Source of the DNA: Lepidodermella squamata
Taxonomy: Eukaryota > Animalia > Gastrotricha
Reading direction: 5' to 3'
DNA length: 64,000 nucleotides
Assembly (NCBI GenBank): GCA_047495785.1
Contig: JBLDXI010000103.1
Location: 1 to 64,000 of the forward strand
The position numbers and the translations under genes were made by a program. Of the stretch, positions 62,844 to 64,000 are shown one piece after another. The number at the start of each line of letters is the position of its first letter. The stretch's first letter is position 1. The notes below the pieces were generated by a model, which searched no databases, had not been told where the DNA came from, and saw nothing but the letters and a program-made list of their open reading frames with translations.

Positions 62844-64000
62844 TAGAAGAACAGGATATATTGGAGAAGGGCGGAACAATCAATATTCTGCTCTTGAACA
62901 CTGCGATTAGCGTCATATTCGCTTCAGCGATTTTCAGCTGGGATTTTATGCGCTCATTTTTACAGACACAGACTCTGCTTGGAAATTGAATTTAATACCT
63001 GTCCAATTTTTATATGTTTAAGCTGAAAATAAAAACGATGTATTTGTATATCTTCACGCGTCCATTCAGGCAAGCATTGAATGTATGTATGCATTTGTAT
63101 CACATGTAAATCTTCGATTCCCTCACGTTGTTTTGGTAGGCTATTAGTCATAGTAAGAGCTGGAATTTATTCCAGCTGTGTTCAATATACCTGAACCGCC
63201 CTCTTGGCTCTTGGAGGTAATAAATTGCGTCGGCTAGCTTTATACATTCGGAGCCTATGTGACGTCACGAGTCACGCACACACCTGTTGACACTATAGCA
63301 TAATACGTACGACATGCTTGCGTATAAGCAATAAAGGTAGGGAAAAAAATTACACACAAACAATCTAGAAAACGGGTTCCGTGTTTCAAGAAAAAACTAC
63401 AACCACTATAATATATTCCGTATAACCTAGCGTTCGACCTTTCTTGTTCGAGAATATACGCGACATTTAAATTACTACAGCATGATGGTTAGTTGTGAAA
63501 TTTACCCAATCGCATAATGTATGCTTTTAACGCAGATTATAAAGTGTCTTTTCCCAGGTCGTAAATTTTTTAATGCAATTTGCCCCACAATTCACTAGAG
63601 CATTTGATAGTTATACGCTCTGTGATTCGCCTAATTCAATTCATCAACTTATGTCTACGATTTGCAGGCCACTCATGACACCTTGAAACTCAATAGTGAT
63701 TAAGTATGTTTCTAGGCTTCTATTTTCACATTTTACACAATTTTCTAACAACAGCCAACTTTCGGATTATGCTAATTCTTTAGAAACAGCTCGATCTTAT
63801 TTTATTTTTGCATTGCACATACCTTGGACAAATATTTATGTCATTTTTGTATTCCTAAAGATGCATACATATATTAAGGACATACCTTAGACAAAAATGG
63901 CCTATAATCTATCGAATAATTTCAACGTAGACAATTAAAATAGCTGATTTCATGCAAAAATGGTGGCAGAGGCGTCAAATTCGACGGCGCCCCCAGGAAT

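Noticed and set aside
62005-63895. Recurrent ATACCTT(A/G)GACA motif
   Set aside because: Probably subrepeats of a dispersed element; no boundaries definable.

Overview
Animal (invertebrate-type) genomic DNA with short GT-AG/GC-AG introns and a TTAGGG tract; no rRNA, tRNA or CRISPR recognised. The left 26 kb is dominated by two large, near-perfect inverted duplications (arms 1-2710/4587-7297 and 12362-16641/21291-25570). Six copies of an unrecognised two-exon gene for a ~110-aa secreted, cationic, helical protein with a C-x9-C pair lie in their arms or spacers (five intact, one truncated). This part also holds a decayed GH65/PGGHG-like gene, an alpha-arrestin, an FABP, a truncated second FABP and a split ankyrin remnant. 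The right part encodes a Cys-rich unknown protein, a secreted Lys-rich protein ending in (RRPI)n, a divergent PP1, two active S1 proteases, two non-catalytic homologues, three copies of a second small secreted acidic peptide gene, two intronless GABA-B-like class C GPCRs (each directly downstream of a peptide gene), an ankyrin protein and an RDH-like SDR with a long insert. Mobile DNA includes an EnSpm/CACTA-like transposase split by a nested non-autonomous element, several MITEs and two LINE RT fragments. All calls come from reading the sequence by eye; no searches were run, and the large inverted repeats need read-level confirmation.
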